Shown piece by piece: positions 12,936 to 25,400 of a stretch of DNA of 64,000 bases; within the stretch, counting starts at the first letter, position 1, and each line of letters starts with the position of its first letter. The translations under genes were made by a program, and so were the position numbers. Under the pieces are notes generated by a model, which was not told the origin of the DNA, ran no database searches, and worked only from the letters and a program-made list of their open reading frames with translations. Origin of the DNA: Podarcis muralis (taxonomy: Eukaryota); assembly GCF_964188315.1 (NCBI RefSeq), contig NC_135655.1, positions 67,580,001 to 67,644,000 of the forward strand, in the 5' to 3' direction.

Positions 12936-14219
12936 ACCTGAAATTGTATTTTTTTTATTAATAATATAATACTTCTTAATGCCCAGATGGCTTTTGAGCA
13001 GTTTACAAAACATAAAAACAAACTGTATAACATTGTTAAACTAAGGAATAATTAAAACTACACCATAATTAAAATATGGAATAAAACGATACCATTAAAA
13101 TATAAAGGGCCATGATTAAAATGTGCACCAAAACAATCCCATTAAAAGCACAGAAATTAAAACAAGAGAATTGCTAGTCCCTCAGTCTTGTAGCTCCTCT
13201 GCTAGATAATGCGTGATGAATTTGACATTTGTGCATTTAAATCCCACTTAAGGTTCATTGTATTCCACGTAGTACATTTTCTCATGAAACTCAGCATTGA
13301 AAAGATGAGAAAGGTAGCAGTGTTCTAGCTGTCAGAAAGTGCCTCCAAATAAAATTAATAAAATAGATTTTTATTCTCAGGTTAACAGCCTGTTCCTAAT
13401 TATGTATACATGTTAGTCCAATTGCAGTGCACTTAATGAAAGTTAAAAATAAAATAAAAACTTACAGTATGACCACAGGCAAAAATAATTCTATGTTTGA
13501 CAAGATGGTTTCTTTTTTAAACACCAGAGATCTAAAGTTAACTCAGACTCTCATAAAAACTGAGTTGGTTTCTCACTTTATAAAAAGAGTGTTTCTTATT
13601 GTTTGGGATGATGCCTAAGGCCTCTGTGATCAAGGATATAAAAACGGAGGTAAAAACAGAACAAGCCCATGGAATAACTGAGTTTTCTGTCACACACTTG
13701 TTGGATAAATCCAACATTTATTTGACAGGCATAAATTAAAAGCTCAGATCAGCCCTGCAAAGGTATCAACTGTGCCAGGCTTCTCAAAGAAGTTCTGAAA
13801 AAAATCTGAAATACTAAAGGGTACTGGTGCAAGACATGAAATTGTCTTGACACAGGAAAGATAAGTAGTGAATGCAGCTGTTCATCTAGTTTCCAAGTGT
13901 ACTTTTGTCACACTGTGTGCATTGCTTTTCTAAAATCATTTGTCCTCTAGATTTGTCAGAAAAGCCTTTGCAAATTGACATATTTGACCAAGCCCTCATT
14001 GGTGTTGATACATGCAGCCACATTGTTTTTAGGGGATTTATTCACAGGCTTAAAAGTTCAGGATTTATGTTGGTATTTCTATCTGTCTCCATTATTTTCA
14101 TGAAACGGAGACCTTTTGGAACATGAGAATCTGCCTTTCACCTGATCAGCTCAATGGCCCATCTAGTTCAGTCTTGTCTCCACAGATTCCAGGATCACTC
14201 CTGGAGTTACATTGAGGAG

Positions 14220-14475
14220 TCTTTCCCAGACCAGATTTATAGATGTATTTAAAAGGAGATTAGACAAAGACATGAAACATTAGTTTATTGAGAACTGCTA
14301 GTCATGATGGCTTATACTGTCTCCAGGATCAGAGGCAATATGCCTCTGAATATTAGTTTCTGAGGAACTACTGTAGGAAAGGAGTTTACTCTCAGGTCAT
14401 GCATGTGGGCTTCCTATCACAATATAGATTAGACATGCCATTGGAATAATCTGACATGACTATTCTTATGTTCTC
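14220..14475 (+). mobile_element. Degraded CR1/L3-type LINE 3' end (TTCTTATG tail)
   Basis: tttaaaaggagattagac...gcctctgaatattag...gtgggcttcc...ttcttatgttc. Related copies lie at about 49985-50172 and 54685-55382. Confidence 0.6.
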
Positions 14476-14512
14476 TTCTTACGTATATTGATATGCCAAG
14501 AATAGAATCATA

Positions 14513-14757
14513 CAACAAAACAACAACACCACAAACTGGCTTATAAATATAAAACCAAATTTACTAGAATAGTAGCTAGAATAGAGATAGACTTAGAACC
14601 ATTAAAACAACAAACCTACTAAGGTGCCATGTGCAAGACAAAGCCAGGATATACTGTAAACATGGAGTGGATAAATGTACAACTCTATCTTAACAAGTTA
14701 CATGTACAGTAAACGTTATACAGACTGGATAAAGTTTGTGGTGGTGTTGTTTTGTTG
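14513..14757. mobile_element. Unclassified TIR element flanked by TA
   Basis: 28-bp inverted repeat with 27/28 match at 14510-14537 and 14733-14760. Confidence 0.5.
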
Positions 14758-15509
14758 TATTATTATCACTGTCACCACATTTGATACTTTATATATATAT
14801 ATATATTTAAGAATAGAATCATGACATGCAAGGTTGCTTGGATCCTACGATAAATTAACTTGGAGGTAATGGAAGCCACCTGTTCTCCCCAAAAAGAATG
14901 TCTCCTTGGTCTTGGGCCCTCCTGAACAAACCGTGATGGAATGCAGGGAATTGCTATTGGGATGAGGGGATGAGGAACTTTACCTCTCATAAATGTTCTT
15001 TTGAGCAAATTTCCTCACTGCTTTAGCATCCCCCAGCCCACAATCCACCTTGTTCAGGAGGGTCTCTGATTCCCCCTGAGTGGCTCTTTTGGTGAACTGG
15101 AGGGCATGTATAGGGGATAGGAAATATCCTTAACTTATCCTGTCATAAGTACTAAGAGTCGTGGCTTTTCCTTCTTATCATTTAGGACCTCCACTAAAGA
15201 GTAACCAAGAAAAAGCCAGTCCCAGAAACAATACAATAATAAGTAATCATAAATTTGCTTGTGGTGTTGGGATCCTAGTGTTACAAAGATTTTAGAGAAT
15301 TGTAATCTTGAATGTAAATGGTGCATTATAGATGATGCTGTAGCATCACATTATTAAACATTCAAGCAATTTTGTGTTTTACTGCCTATAGGTAGTTAAA
15401 ATTTTATTGCCAAGATATAACTTTGATCAAGTATAATACTTGTCCTATTTTAACAAGCATGTATTCTCTTTTCCCTCTCTCTTTTTCTTCCACTGCCTGT
15501 ACTCTGTAG

Positions 15510-15605
15510 CTGCAGAATTCTCTGAAAAGTGATTTGTGCCTTGATCAAGGGCCAGACACAGAAAATATTCCGATCATGTATATCTGCCATGGAATGACGC
15601 CACAG
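15510..15605 (+). CDS. GALNT18: GALNT18 coding exon (ricin-B lectin alpha repeat), 96 nt, phase 0-0
   Basis: Long polypyrimidine tract, tgtag|CTGCAG acceptor, CAG|gttagt donor. Translates LQNSLKSDLCLDQGPDTENIPIMYICHGMTPQ (CLD...CH motif). Confidence 0.95.
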
Positions 15606-16189
15606 GTTAGTGAGACTAATGATCTGATATCTTGCTGTTGCTCTTAGCAGGACGTGTGGGAGGAACCATATTGCATCTGACAGTGGTTTTCCCCCTATTA
15701 CAATACCTCCTTAGGCTGTTTATTAGCTCTTTTATAGTAATGGGAGCATTATTTGTGCCATGGTGTTGAAAATCACTGGTCTATTAATTAGTGCCTCCTT
15801 TATTCACTCTTGAACAAAAGAATGATTATAGGGCTATGTTTATCATGAATTGTTGGCATGGGCCTTTCTTATTGATCTTTTTCAGTAGAAGCCTAATGTG
15901 AATATAATAGTATGTATTCAAAGAAATTTATTTCCTCTCTTGCCCTGCTACACTTTTTGAATTACATGATTTCTTTTAAGCATTTGTAAAATGTTGGAGG
16001 TCATTTCTTAATATGCGCAATCCTTCTTCTAAGAAACTTTTTCCACTTTCTGCTAAGTAAAAGTGGCATTGAAGCTCTTTCAGCTCCAGCAAATACTTAG
16101 AGCTCAGAGGTCCCAGCATTTAATGTTACCTTCTGCTGTAGGAACATTCCATAGGATCATGTCTGCAAGTTTCAGTGGTGCTGCACCAG

Positions 16190-16268
16190 CCCAGTTCTAG
16201 CACTATTCTGGCCCTTCATGTTGGCCTTATCAGCCCCATGCTCTAACCAACTGAGCTATCCAGCCAAG
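16190..16268 (-). mobile_element. tRNA-derived SINE head fragment
   Basis: Reverse complement tggctggatagctcagttggttagagcatggggctgataaggcc contains an A-box and resembles tRNA-Ile. The rest is degraded. Confidence 0.55.
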
Positions 16269-17404
16269 AACGTGTGGGATTAGCTACAACGTATGATACA
16301 CTATGCTATAAAAGTATAAATAATACATACTGTACATCATTTGTTAGCTGTTCTCAGAAGTTTTATTGAGTGGCCATAGACTGACAAATAAAATAAGTTA
16401 TTTGATTTAGCAATATATTTATTAAAAAGTAGGAAGACATCTTTTTTGAGGAGGTTCTGTAATCATATGCAAGCCTTTTGTCAAAGGGTTTTATCCCTCT
16501 TTATTTCTGTAGGTTTATTTTTCCGTTGTTCTTGCTTCTGACAGTTTCATGATTTTTGAATTTACTGTGGAGACTTACAACATTCGCTAAAGCATGAACA
16601 AATGTATACCAGAAGGGAAAAAACTGGCCTTCCTTGCTGAGATCCTGAGTCAATTTTGCTCAGACTTCATGGTCCATGGGAAGCTGTGTGTTTTACATTT
16701 TTGCTGGAATTTGACTTCTTTTCCTGACTGCTTTCCAAATTGATCACACTGGTGGGGTTGCACTTGACGAAATTATGAATGACAAAGACAAAAACATCAG
16801 ACAGCTTCATCTATCTTGCTTATACGTTGCACTGACTGAGGTTGTACATTGCACAGACTGGATGTTGAACCAGATCAAGGGTTTATTGTTCCCCTTCCAA
16901 ACGCCTGTGAAATTACCCTAACCAGCATTTGCCTACGGGTTCTCCAAATAACTAATTTCTCTACTTGGTCTTTCACAAGTTCCTGAGAGTCAGTTTTCTT
17001 CACCTTCTGGGAATACTCTGTAACTCTTTTTTCATCTCCAGTAATGATGCTGGAAAAACACACTGCTAATTCGAATTGGAAATTTTAAATGATATTTCAG
17101 AGGCATGCACGCAAAATGCTTCCTTCACAGTTAGCATCATTTTGTGTTTTTACTAAACTGGTTTGAAACCAAGTGCAATGTGAATAAGACTGCTGTATCA
17201 TGCAACCCAATGCTATAAAGCCTTTGCAGTGGCTGAGATTTAGCTCTGTACTCTCGCTACTCCCTGTAGCACAATATCCATTCTCCACGTAATGAACAGG
17301 AAGGGAAGTCCTGCCGCAGGGAAGGATAGACTTGCTATGAAATAAGGGATAACCATATACCAGGAAAAAACCTTGGGATGATAAAACAATGGACAGTGCT
17401 GGCA

Positions 17405-17532
17405 CAGGGAAGGAATGGGGAACTTGTGACCCTCCAGGTGTTGCTGGACTCCATATCCCATCATCCCTGACCATTGGCCATGCTGGTTGGAGCTGATGGG
17501 AATTGGAGCTCCAACAACATCTGAAGAGCCAC
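17405..17532. mobile_element. Diverged copy of the palindromic hAT MITE family
   Basis: ccctccaggtgttgctggact...cccatcatccct...gatgggaattgga...aacatctgaagagcc resembles 1010-1145. Further remnants lie near 17810, 22190, 24908, 32225, 48470 and 52680. Confidence 0.6.
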
Positions 17533-18865
17533 TGCTGCTTTAAGGTGGGTGGTATGCTCACCGATTTTCCGAGCTGATATAGAGTGAATACACATACAAT
17601 ATGCAAATAAATACAGCGACGAGATAAATTTTAAAATATTTTAGCTGTAAAAAAAACACTGAGTTGCTGTTGAGCTGCTGACACTAGTCACCACAGAGGT
17701 TTCATTTCTGGTAAAATGCATTTCAAATTAATTTGCATCACTTTGGTCGCCAATTTAAACCACGCCTTTATCTTTCTAATGAGCAAGCAGATGACACTTT
17801 AGCACATGAGTGGCTGCCCTGTGGTCCTCCAGATGTTGTTGACCTCCAACGACAGCCAGCATGTCCAATAGCCAAGGACAATGATAGCCATAACTGCTTT
17901 AGCAGATACACATTTTGGAAAAGGCAGTTATGAACAAGACTATACACAGCTAAGCCGCATCAGTTTACGTGACTAAAACAAGTGGGAAAAGAACTATCAT
18001 TAGCATGTTAAAAATGCTTGTGTTTGTGCACAACCTGTTTCATGCAGACTTTCCTCCAGGGATTATGGGCAAAACCCCTCCTCTCTTGGAGAAAAACAGT
18101 CTGGCTTTTCGTGTGTCCAGATATAGTGGGAGTAGAAGCATTTGAGGACACATCCTAGGACTGGTTCCTTTTTTATTAGCTCTAGGGTCATTCCAGAAAT
18201 AATTGAAGTGTCTGGTGCAGACCTGGGGAGTTGTTTGTGCCATTCACTTCCAGTATAAGAAGTCTTGCAGCAAAATGCTGAAACATGAATGGCAGGCATC
18301 TAACACAGTCTGCACCCATCCCTGTACCTTACTAAACCACTGTTGTGCCTTACAGTCCATCTCCAGTGTCCTTGTTGGATGCTACAAACATGGGTGTGAA
18401 GTCCTAGCAATCTGTAGGGGCTTCCTTGGGCTGCTCTGAGTCTCTACCATATGCCCTAAAAATCCTGGATACAAAGAGGGAGTAGTGAAGAAACCAGGGT
18501 TGCATACAGATGTGAGGCAGGGATTTGCTGCTGCTGCTGCTGATGATGATGATGACATTTATTTGTCACTTTTAAAAGCAAAAAGTAACTTGCAAAATTA
18601 AATGAAGCTTAAACTCTAGCACTGCGTGGCACATTCTTCCTTCAGGTTTTGAGAAGTCAAGATTGCTTGTCTTGCAATAGGTCTGTGGCTTAGTGTGGTC
18701 TAAGGTCAAAGCTGGCTTCAATGTGCAAGAATTCTGTTCTCAGTTAGTATGTATTCATGAGATTTCTTCAGTCCCTCATTTTTGCTTTCATGCTTTTTTA
18801 AAGTAAGCTAAATAATATCAGGTTGAACATCTGGAAGTTCAGTTGTGGAGTTGACAAGAAGTACT

Positions 18866-18868
<3 letters not shown>

Positions 18869-18924
<56 letters not shown>
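18869..18924. repeat. (GA)n microsatellite
   Basis: About 28 GA units. Confidence 0.98.
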
Positions 18925-18927
<3 letters not shown>

Positions 18928-20232
18928 CAAAGGCTAGGAATATGGGGAAATATTTTGGAGCTGGCAGATGAACATTTTACATAATTTAATTGTGGTTTCT
19001 GTACATTGTGTCAAGCTCTATGACCTAAATGTTAAATCACCTGTTAGTGAATGTGACCCATGATATATCTAGTAGCCATTTAAATGCTGTGCGATACAGA
19101 ATTTTGTTGTGAATTTGCATATCATTTTACAGTTATCTAAGGTTTTATAGAAATATGGGGTTAAGAAGAAATAACATTTCAAATGTGGCTTGTTCTTATC
19201 CCCTACTTTTACAAATGAATTAGTTTTTGGTAGAAACCATATCTGAGTGGCATTACCACTGGGAAGCAGGATATTTCATTCTTGCTCCAGCTTTAGGACC
19301 ATTTCCCCACTGCCAAGACCACATAGAAGCTCAATTATTGCTGTCGATCAGCTGATCTTTGGTTACAAGGAACCTCTTGGAATGTGCGCTCTCAGCACCA
19401 ATCAGCTGATGGGTGCTGAAAGCACATCTTCAACTGAGGTTGCCGTAAGCACTGATTAGGTGATTGGTGGTTACAGCAACCTCCTTTGAACTTTGATGGA
19501 TGTCAATCACTGATTGACATCCTATTGCTTCTGAACGTCATCTGAAGGTTTTGGAGAATGCTGAAGTTTCTAATGCAGCTAAATGAAACTATTTTAAAAT
19601 AAAGAGCTTTGTGGTCCTCAGCATTGACCGGCAAAGCTCCTGCTGGCCAAGCGCCCTGACCTTGCTGCCACCTTGCCCTGCCCCATTGTCATCCCATTAA
19701 GTGCAGTGCCACCACTGCCCCTCACAAGCCATCACTGGAAGCCATGGATGGGGCTTGCGGAAGACTAAGGCTGCCTCCAGATGGATGAATCCTGGTGCTA
19801 CCCAGTCATTCTTTTTCCACGGTAAGCCACAGTTTCCACGCTATTTGAAGTATTGCACTTTTCCTATGAGTACATCCCACTACTGCTTGTGGCATAGATG
19901 TTGTATGTGTGAGGGGGAAGGTCCAAGTCACCTCTTAGCAGTATTTTGGAACTAATCGCATCTTCACCATAACCCTTGTGGTAGGCACAAAGCAGTCTCT
20001 GCATTGTTTGCCTAGTGTGGAAGCAGACTGGCCATGATAAAGTCAGGTGCATTCACTAGCTGCATTTGGCTGCTCAGAGAGGGGAAACATGTTCCTTTTT
20101 CAAGCTTCTAGATCTCAGCAACTTGGCTTAGGTAGAGTCTTCCTTTCTGTATACAGACAGTAGACCATAGCAATCACCAGCGGAATTTTCATCTGATTTT
20201 ACTGAAATTATTGTAAGTTTAGTTCTTTAGCT

Positions 20233-20378
20233 CAGTGGCGTAGCGTGGGAGGTGCAGGGGGGGCCGGCCGCACCGGGCGCAACATCAGGGGGTAGGGTTA
20301 GGGGGCGCAAATCCATGGGTTAGGGGGCGCAAATTACTTGCCTTGCCCCGGGTGCTGACAACCCACGCTACGCCACTG
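20233..20378. mobile_element. Young hAT MITE
   Basis: Perfect 17-bp TIR cagtggcgtagcgtggg/cccacgctacgccactg and perfect 8-bp TSD ctttagct at 20225-20232 and 20379-20386. CpGs are intact. Confidence 0.95.
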
Positions 20379-21834
20379 CTTTAGCTTCTGTAGCTCCTTG
20401 GAAGTAATCATGATTATTTCAAAATGTTTTTGTTTTTTGTTTTGGAATACATAAAGCAACCCCTTTTAATGACTTTTAAAAAAACCACACCAAACAAGCG
20501 GACAGTGATATAATAAATAAACCATCATTGATGTAATGTCAACTCTGACCTTCAGCTCTGTCTGATGCAGTTATGACAGTGACATTTATGGTAGCCTTAA
20601 ATGAATTCTGCTGCTCAAAACATCATTACCGAGAGCTGCTAGAAGCGAAAAAGGAAGTTGTCTGTACCAAGTCTTTGTTTCCTGAAGTCATAACAGTTTC
20701 AGTAAATGAGTAGCTAATCAAATCAACCAGGTTACTGCAGTTGCCCATCCAAGCTTATATTTCAACAAGACTCTAGAGAGAAAAGGCCCTTCTTGGACAC
20801 AGACAGGCCATCAGCTTCAGCTTGGGATGGAGGTGGTGGGGTGGAATCTCTAAAACCTTTTTAAAATGTGTTTTTGTAGGGATTAGTCATTTCAGGATAT
20901 TTCAGTAAGAGTGACGAAGGCAGTTGGCTGAGCTATACAGGTTCGTTTCATGAGATGCTAGGGAGATATATTTTTCTCTCTCTCTCTCTTGTGCCACATC
21001 CTAGCTGGCTGGCTCTTTTAGTATCAGCAGAAAGTTCCCCAGACTCTTGCAAAACACTGGGGGGGGGGGGGATGGCCTACAAAGTGTGTTTGGTGAAGGT
21101 TTTATCACTGTGTTTTGATGCCGTGCATCATATGTTCCATCATTATCGCGTCTGTAATGAAGTAGATGTCTGCGAAGCTGTTTATTTTCTTAAAACTGAC
21201 TTGAGCATGAAGTAAGCAGCCTGAGGACCAAAACAAGGAACAAGCATGCTATTTGAAGTCTCCTCCTTTCCTGAGGCAAACTGCAATGGGTTATTCTTAA
21301 TTTGATGTTCCCTTTTCTTGGTTTTTTGTCCTATTCTGTTTATCATAGGACTTTGTCACCTAAAATATAAAGTTATAATTTCAATATAAATCAAAAGCCT
21401 ACAGACCAATAGACCCACCTCCAGATTGGGGGAAGCACCTAGGCAGGCTGCCGTTGACCCCTCCCCACCACTGCTGCAGCACTCATCCTGTGTGCAGAAA
21501 CAAGTTACAATATGAACTCAGTCAGAGTTTACGATCTCCCTCAAAGACACTGCTCTGTGTCCCCTCACCATTTGAAATACCCGTGGGTTCTTGTCATTTT
21601 TTGAGGGGCAGGGAGAGGAGGCTCTTTTCAGAAATGCTTTGCAATTTCCTCCCAGAAAGAATTTTCTCTTTTGATGGCTTTGTGTTGCCACGTTGAGGTG
21701 ATTTTATTTCAGCGAGCTCTTGGGTCACGCTGGGTTTGTTGAATATATTGCTGAGGTTTGTTGGTTTTTGTTTTGTTTTGTTTTTGCTGGCTGAAGTTTG
21801 TTGTACTCCCTGATCCTGTTTTGTTCTCATTTAC

Positions 21835-21835
<1 letters not shown>

Positions 21836-21882
<47 letters not shown>

Positions 21883-21970
21883 CCGCCCTATACCTGGAGG
21901 TTTCAAGGCAGTTTACAGAAAATATCAACATAAAAACCACAATATATATATATACTCAAAATAAAAACAA
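21836..21970 (-). mobile_element. L2-type 3' tail with (TAT)n microsatellite
   Basis: (tat)n followed by taccgccctatacctggaggtttcaaggcagtttac. A similar tail lies at about 39825-39890. Confidence 0.6.
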
Positions 21971-22016
21971 CAACCCAATAACACCCCCCCCTGAAGTCAT
22001 CCCCTGATTCTGGGGG

Positions 22017-22049
22017 GTTTGTTTGTTTGTTTGTTTGTTTGTTTGTTTG
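22017..22049. repeat. (GTTT)n microsatellite
   Basis: Direct tandem repeat. Confidence 0.95.
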
Positions 22050-22442
22050 CATTGTTTAAACATTGTTTTTGTTAATTTCATTCTGAGCCAATGGCAGAGT
22101 CTGAACAACAACAGCAACAATGTTAAATAAATTACACCTGGTACTCCTTTGGCACAATCTTATGCATTAGGTTTGTAGTAGCTCGGGGAATGGGGGCCTG
22201 TGGTTACAACGTCCATCATCCCTGACCATTGACTATGCTAAATGGTTGAAGGGCATTGAGATGTACCAGAATCTAGAGGTTCAAAGGTTGCTTATCTCTG
22301 GTGTGTCCACTTGCAGACAGGTGTACACCAAGTCCTGTCTATGGTTAGATTCTTATAGGCCTCAGTTTCTCTCTTCTTTGATATCATAAGCTGTTCAAAA
22401 ATGGGAGGAGAAGGAGGAAGGGTGGTGATTTCAGCTCATAGC

Positions 22443-22443
22443 A

Positions 22444-22491
<48 letters not shown>
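22443..22491. repeat. (AAAG)n microsatellite
   Basis: About 12 units. Confidence 0.97.
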
Positions 22492-25400
22492 GGGAAATTA
22501 CAGCTAAATTTTGATTTGAATATGTAGAAATGTCATTCTAAAGACCTGAAAGCAGAGCTGGTCATTTTCTCTGTTCCACTTGAATGAGAAAATAAGCTGT
22601 AAAATGATATTATTCTAGGTCGGAGAAAATCTATTCCATGCCCGTTAATTCCAAAATCATTGTAAGGATACTTCAGCTATTCTTGAGTATATGTAGGAAA
22701 GGGAGCAGTGTAAGTTTCACATCCATTTCTGGAACTGTAGATTAAAAAATGTTATTTTTGGACTGAAATACAGTTCATAATCATTCAGAATGACTAAGAA
22801 ACAGCTCTGTCTCCTGAGACAGACACATTGATTTCTCAATTTTAGGAAGCATCGTGTTTATGTATTTTGTAACTTACAAATTAAGATAGTGGATTCTAAT
22901 TTGTTTTCTTTCAGACATTTGTGTTGTGAAACGTCCATATAGTTTAATAGATACCATGAACCATAAAATAAAAAACACATGTGGAAGCAGATTGCCTGCC
23001 TAAAACTCCACATTCTTTTCTCCTGTGCTGGGTCACAGCTGAAGGCTGTATGTAGTAGCTAACAGTGGTACTAGGGAGAACATCACAAGCTTTTTGCTGG
23101 AATAATAATAATAATAAATCACGTTCATGTTTTTAAAATCTAGCAGAGTTTAAGGGGAGAGAAGAAAAATGGATATAAAGGCATTGGAAAAGGAAAAGAT
23201 AGAGTTGATTCTTAGATAGGTGAGATAGACCAATAGAGAAGGTAGTGTGGCTGGATGTACAACCGACTATAACCAGTACGAATAGCTACACAGTGAGGGA
23301 ACTGTGCGGCTGTTCCAATTTGTTAATTTAAAAAGGTCTGATTTTCTGAGCTATGACAAAAATGAAAGCTGATAACCTGGGAGGAGCATATTTTTATCAT
23401 ACTGTCATGCAGGTTCCCTGTAGTGAGTGAACAAAGTGAGTGAACAAAGCATGGCTATTTTACAGCAAGGACCCTGTATGGAAGCTGCCAGAATTCTCCA
23501 TAGCTCTTAAACAGGGATGGACTTATGAACCAGAAGTGTAGTCTTGGCTTTCAAATGTAAAAATAATGGGGGAAATACTGATCTAAATGACATACAACGA
23601 CACTTTTCTTTTTATATATATACATTGTTTGGCTTGTAAGATACTGTCTTATAAAAACATTTTTATATACATTTTATATTTTATAAGAAAAGAAACTGGA
23701 ATGAGAATTAAATTGGGCATGTCATATAACCAGTTTTCCTTTGCTAAAAGAAAGCTTTCAGTCCAGCACTGCACAAAGGAGAAACATCCCACGTCAGCAA
23801 CTGTGATGTAAGGAGAGAGCTACCAAAGTGACCAAGGTGGTACCTTGAAGATCACAAGCAAAGAATGAGGGGAACAAAACAGTCAAAAATAGCTTGTGAG
23901 GAAACAGACCTTAAAATCTGCTGAGGCTGCAATCCCATGTACATTTGAGAGGAAGCTTCCTTGAGATTCAGCTTACCTCTGAGGGAACATGCATAGGATT
24001 GCCTTGTCAGTGTTGCATGGAATATGCATTTTCTCAAGTAAAAGCACTCGAAAAGATTGCACGTCTTAAGATATTTTGCCCTTTTAATTATATATGTTGA
24101 TATGTCAAATAGGAGAGTAATGCATCAGTAAAAAATACATATCTAATATGTCATAAAAGTGAAAAGACATGAAGGATGCACATGAGTTCAGCGCTCCTAT
24201 GTTATTAGCTCGTTTAGGGTCACTTCACACAGTACACGTTTTAGAGGCAGACTCCAAATTGTGACTTTAAGAGGTTGTATATATACTAAGCTGCCTATAA
24301 GTAAAATAACTAAGCACACACCAAATATTTATAAGTGCACAGAAATGTACAGCCTGGATCAATCAACAGACAATTCCTGTTCAGGTGTTAAGCATGAACG
24401 GGGAACATAAACACAAGTAGGATCATATACTATCCCTTATATACCCAACAAATCCCTTCAGTCTGTGGAAGAGTTTCTTCTGCAAGTCCCAAAGATCTCA
24501 GAGGCCCACTCCACAATAACTCAGAGCAGAACCTGCCGCTGCTCTGTGGAATAGCACCTCAGTCGTGATACAGCCGGTGCCTGCTACCTGTGCTTTTTGG
24601 AAACAACTGATGTCATATTTGTTCCAACAGGTTTTGTTCTTAGTTGGATAAGTGGGAAATGCCTTGAGTGTCTATTTTGTATTGTTTAGGGGTTTAAAAC
24701 CTTTTTTTGGCCTTTTTTTATTGTACATTGCCTTAAGACAATTGTAGAAGGTGGAAATTGTTCTGTAGTGCATTCCAGAAGCACACCTTGAGATCCTGCA
24801 GCTATAGAGGAATAGCGATATGGTTGCAAGGAGGTCTGTGAGATAGTGTGATCAGCTTTACACAGTTTGCTACAAGATGCTGATATGTGGAGGAAACTAG
24901 GCTCGAGGCAGCCTTCACCAACGTGGTGCCCCCACCCCCTTTGGACCACAGCTCCATCAGCCCCAGCCAGCACTTCCCAAGGCATATAATGGCTGGGAAA
25001 CAGTCCGGAGTAATCTCCGAACCGAGATAAAAAGGCTGGTCCTGAGCACATCCCAATCTCACAATACCTCTGCCCCAACCTGAAGCTATTTTCTGGTTGG
25101 GATGCAGTTCTGTCCATTCAAACATTGAGCTAAATCTGAGCCGATTTTCACAAAATGAAAAGGCCGTAATTGTGTGGTGCCTACTTCAGAGCTAATGCAG
25201 TGTAGTGAATAAAAATGTCGATAGCCTCCCATCAACTCACCGTGGCTGCAGACTAGTCCCTCATTAGCACATTGGGCGCCCGTTGCCGCCTATAAATAAC
25301 TTCCCTTGACATTGCGGGAAAGCCCTGCCTGTATGCAGTAATAAGAATCCGGAAGACGTTTCATGATTATCCCTACGAGCAATTCATTTGGCTGCAGCCC

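Noticed and set aside
17097-17606. 169-aa minus-strand ORF
   Set aside because: It crosses a palindromic MITE, resembles no protein family, and has no splice or start context.
21709-22007. Poly-Asn, poly-Leu and poly-Tyr ORFs (also poly-Ile at 29674 and Cys-Val repeats at 49115)
   Set aside because: Translations of microsatellites.
24686-25117. 143-aa minus-strand ORF
   Set aside because: It spans a MITE remnant and shows no recognisable domain.
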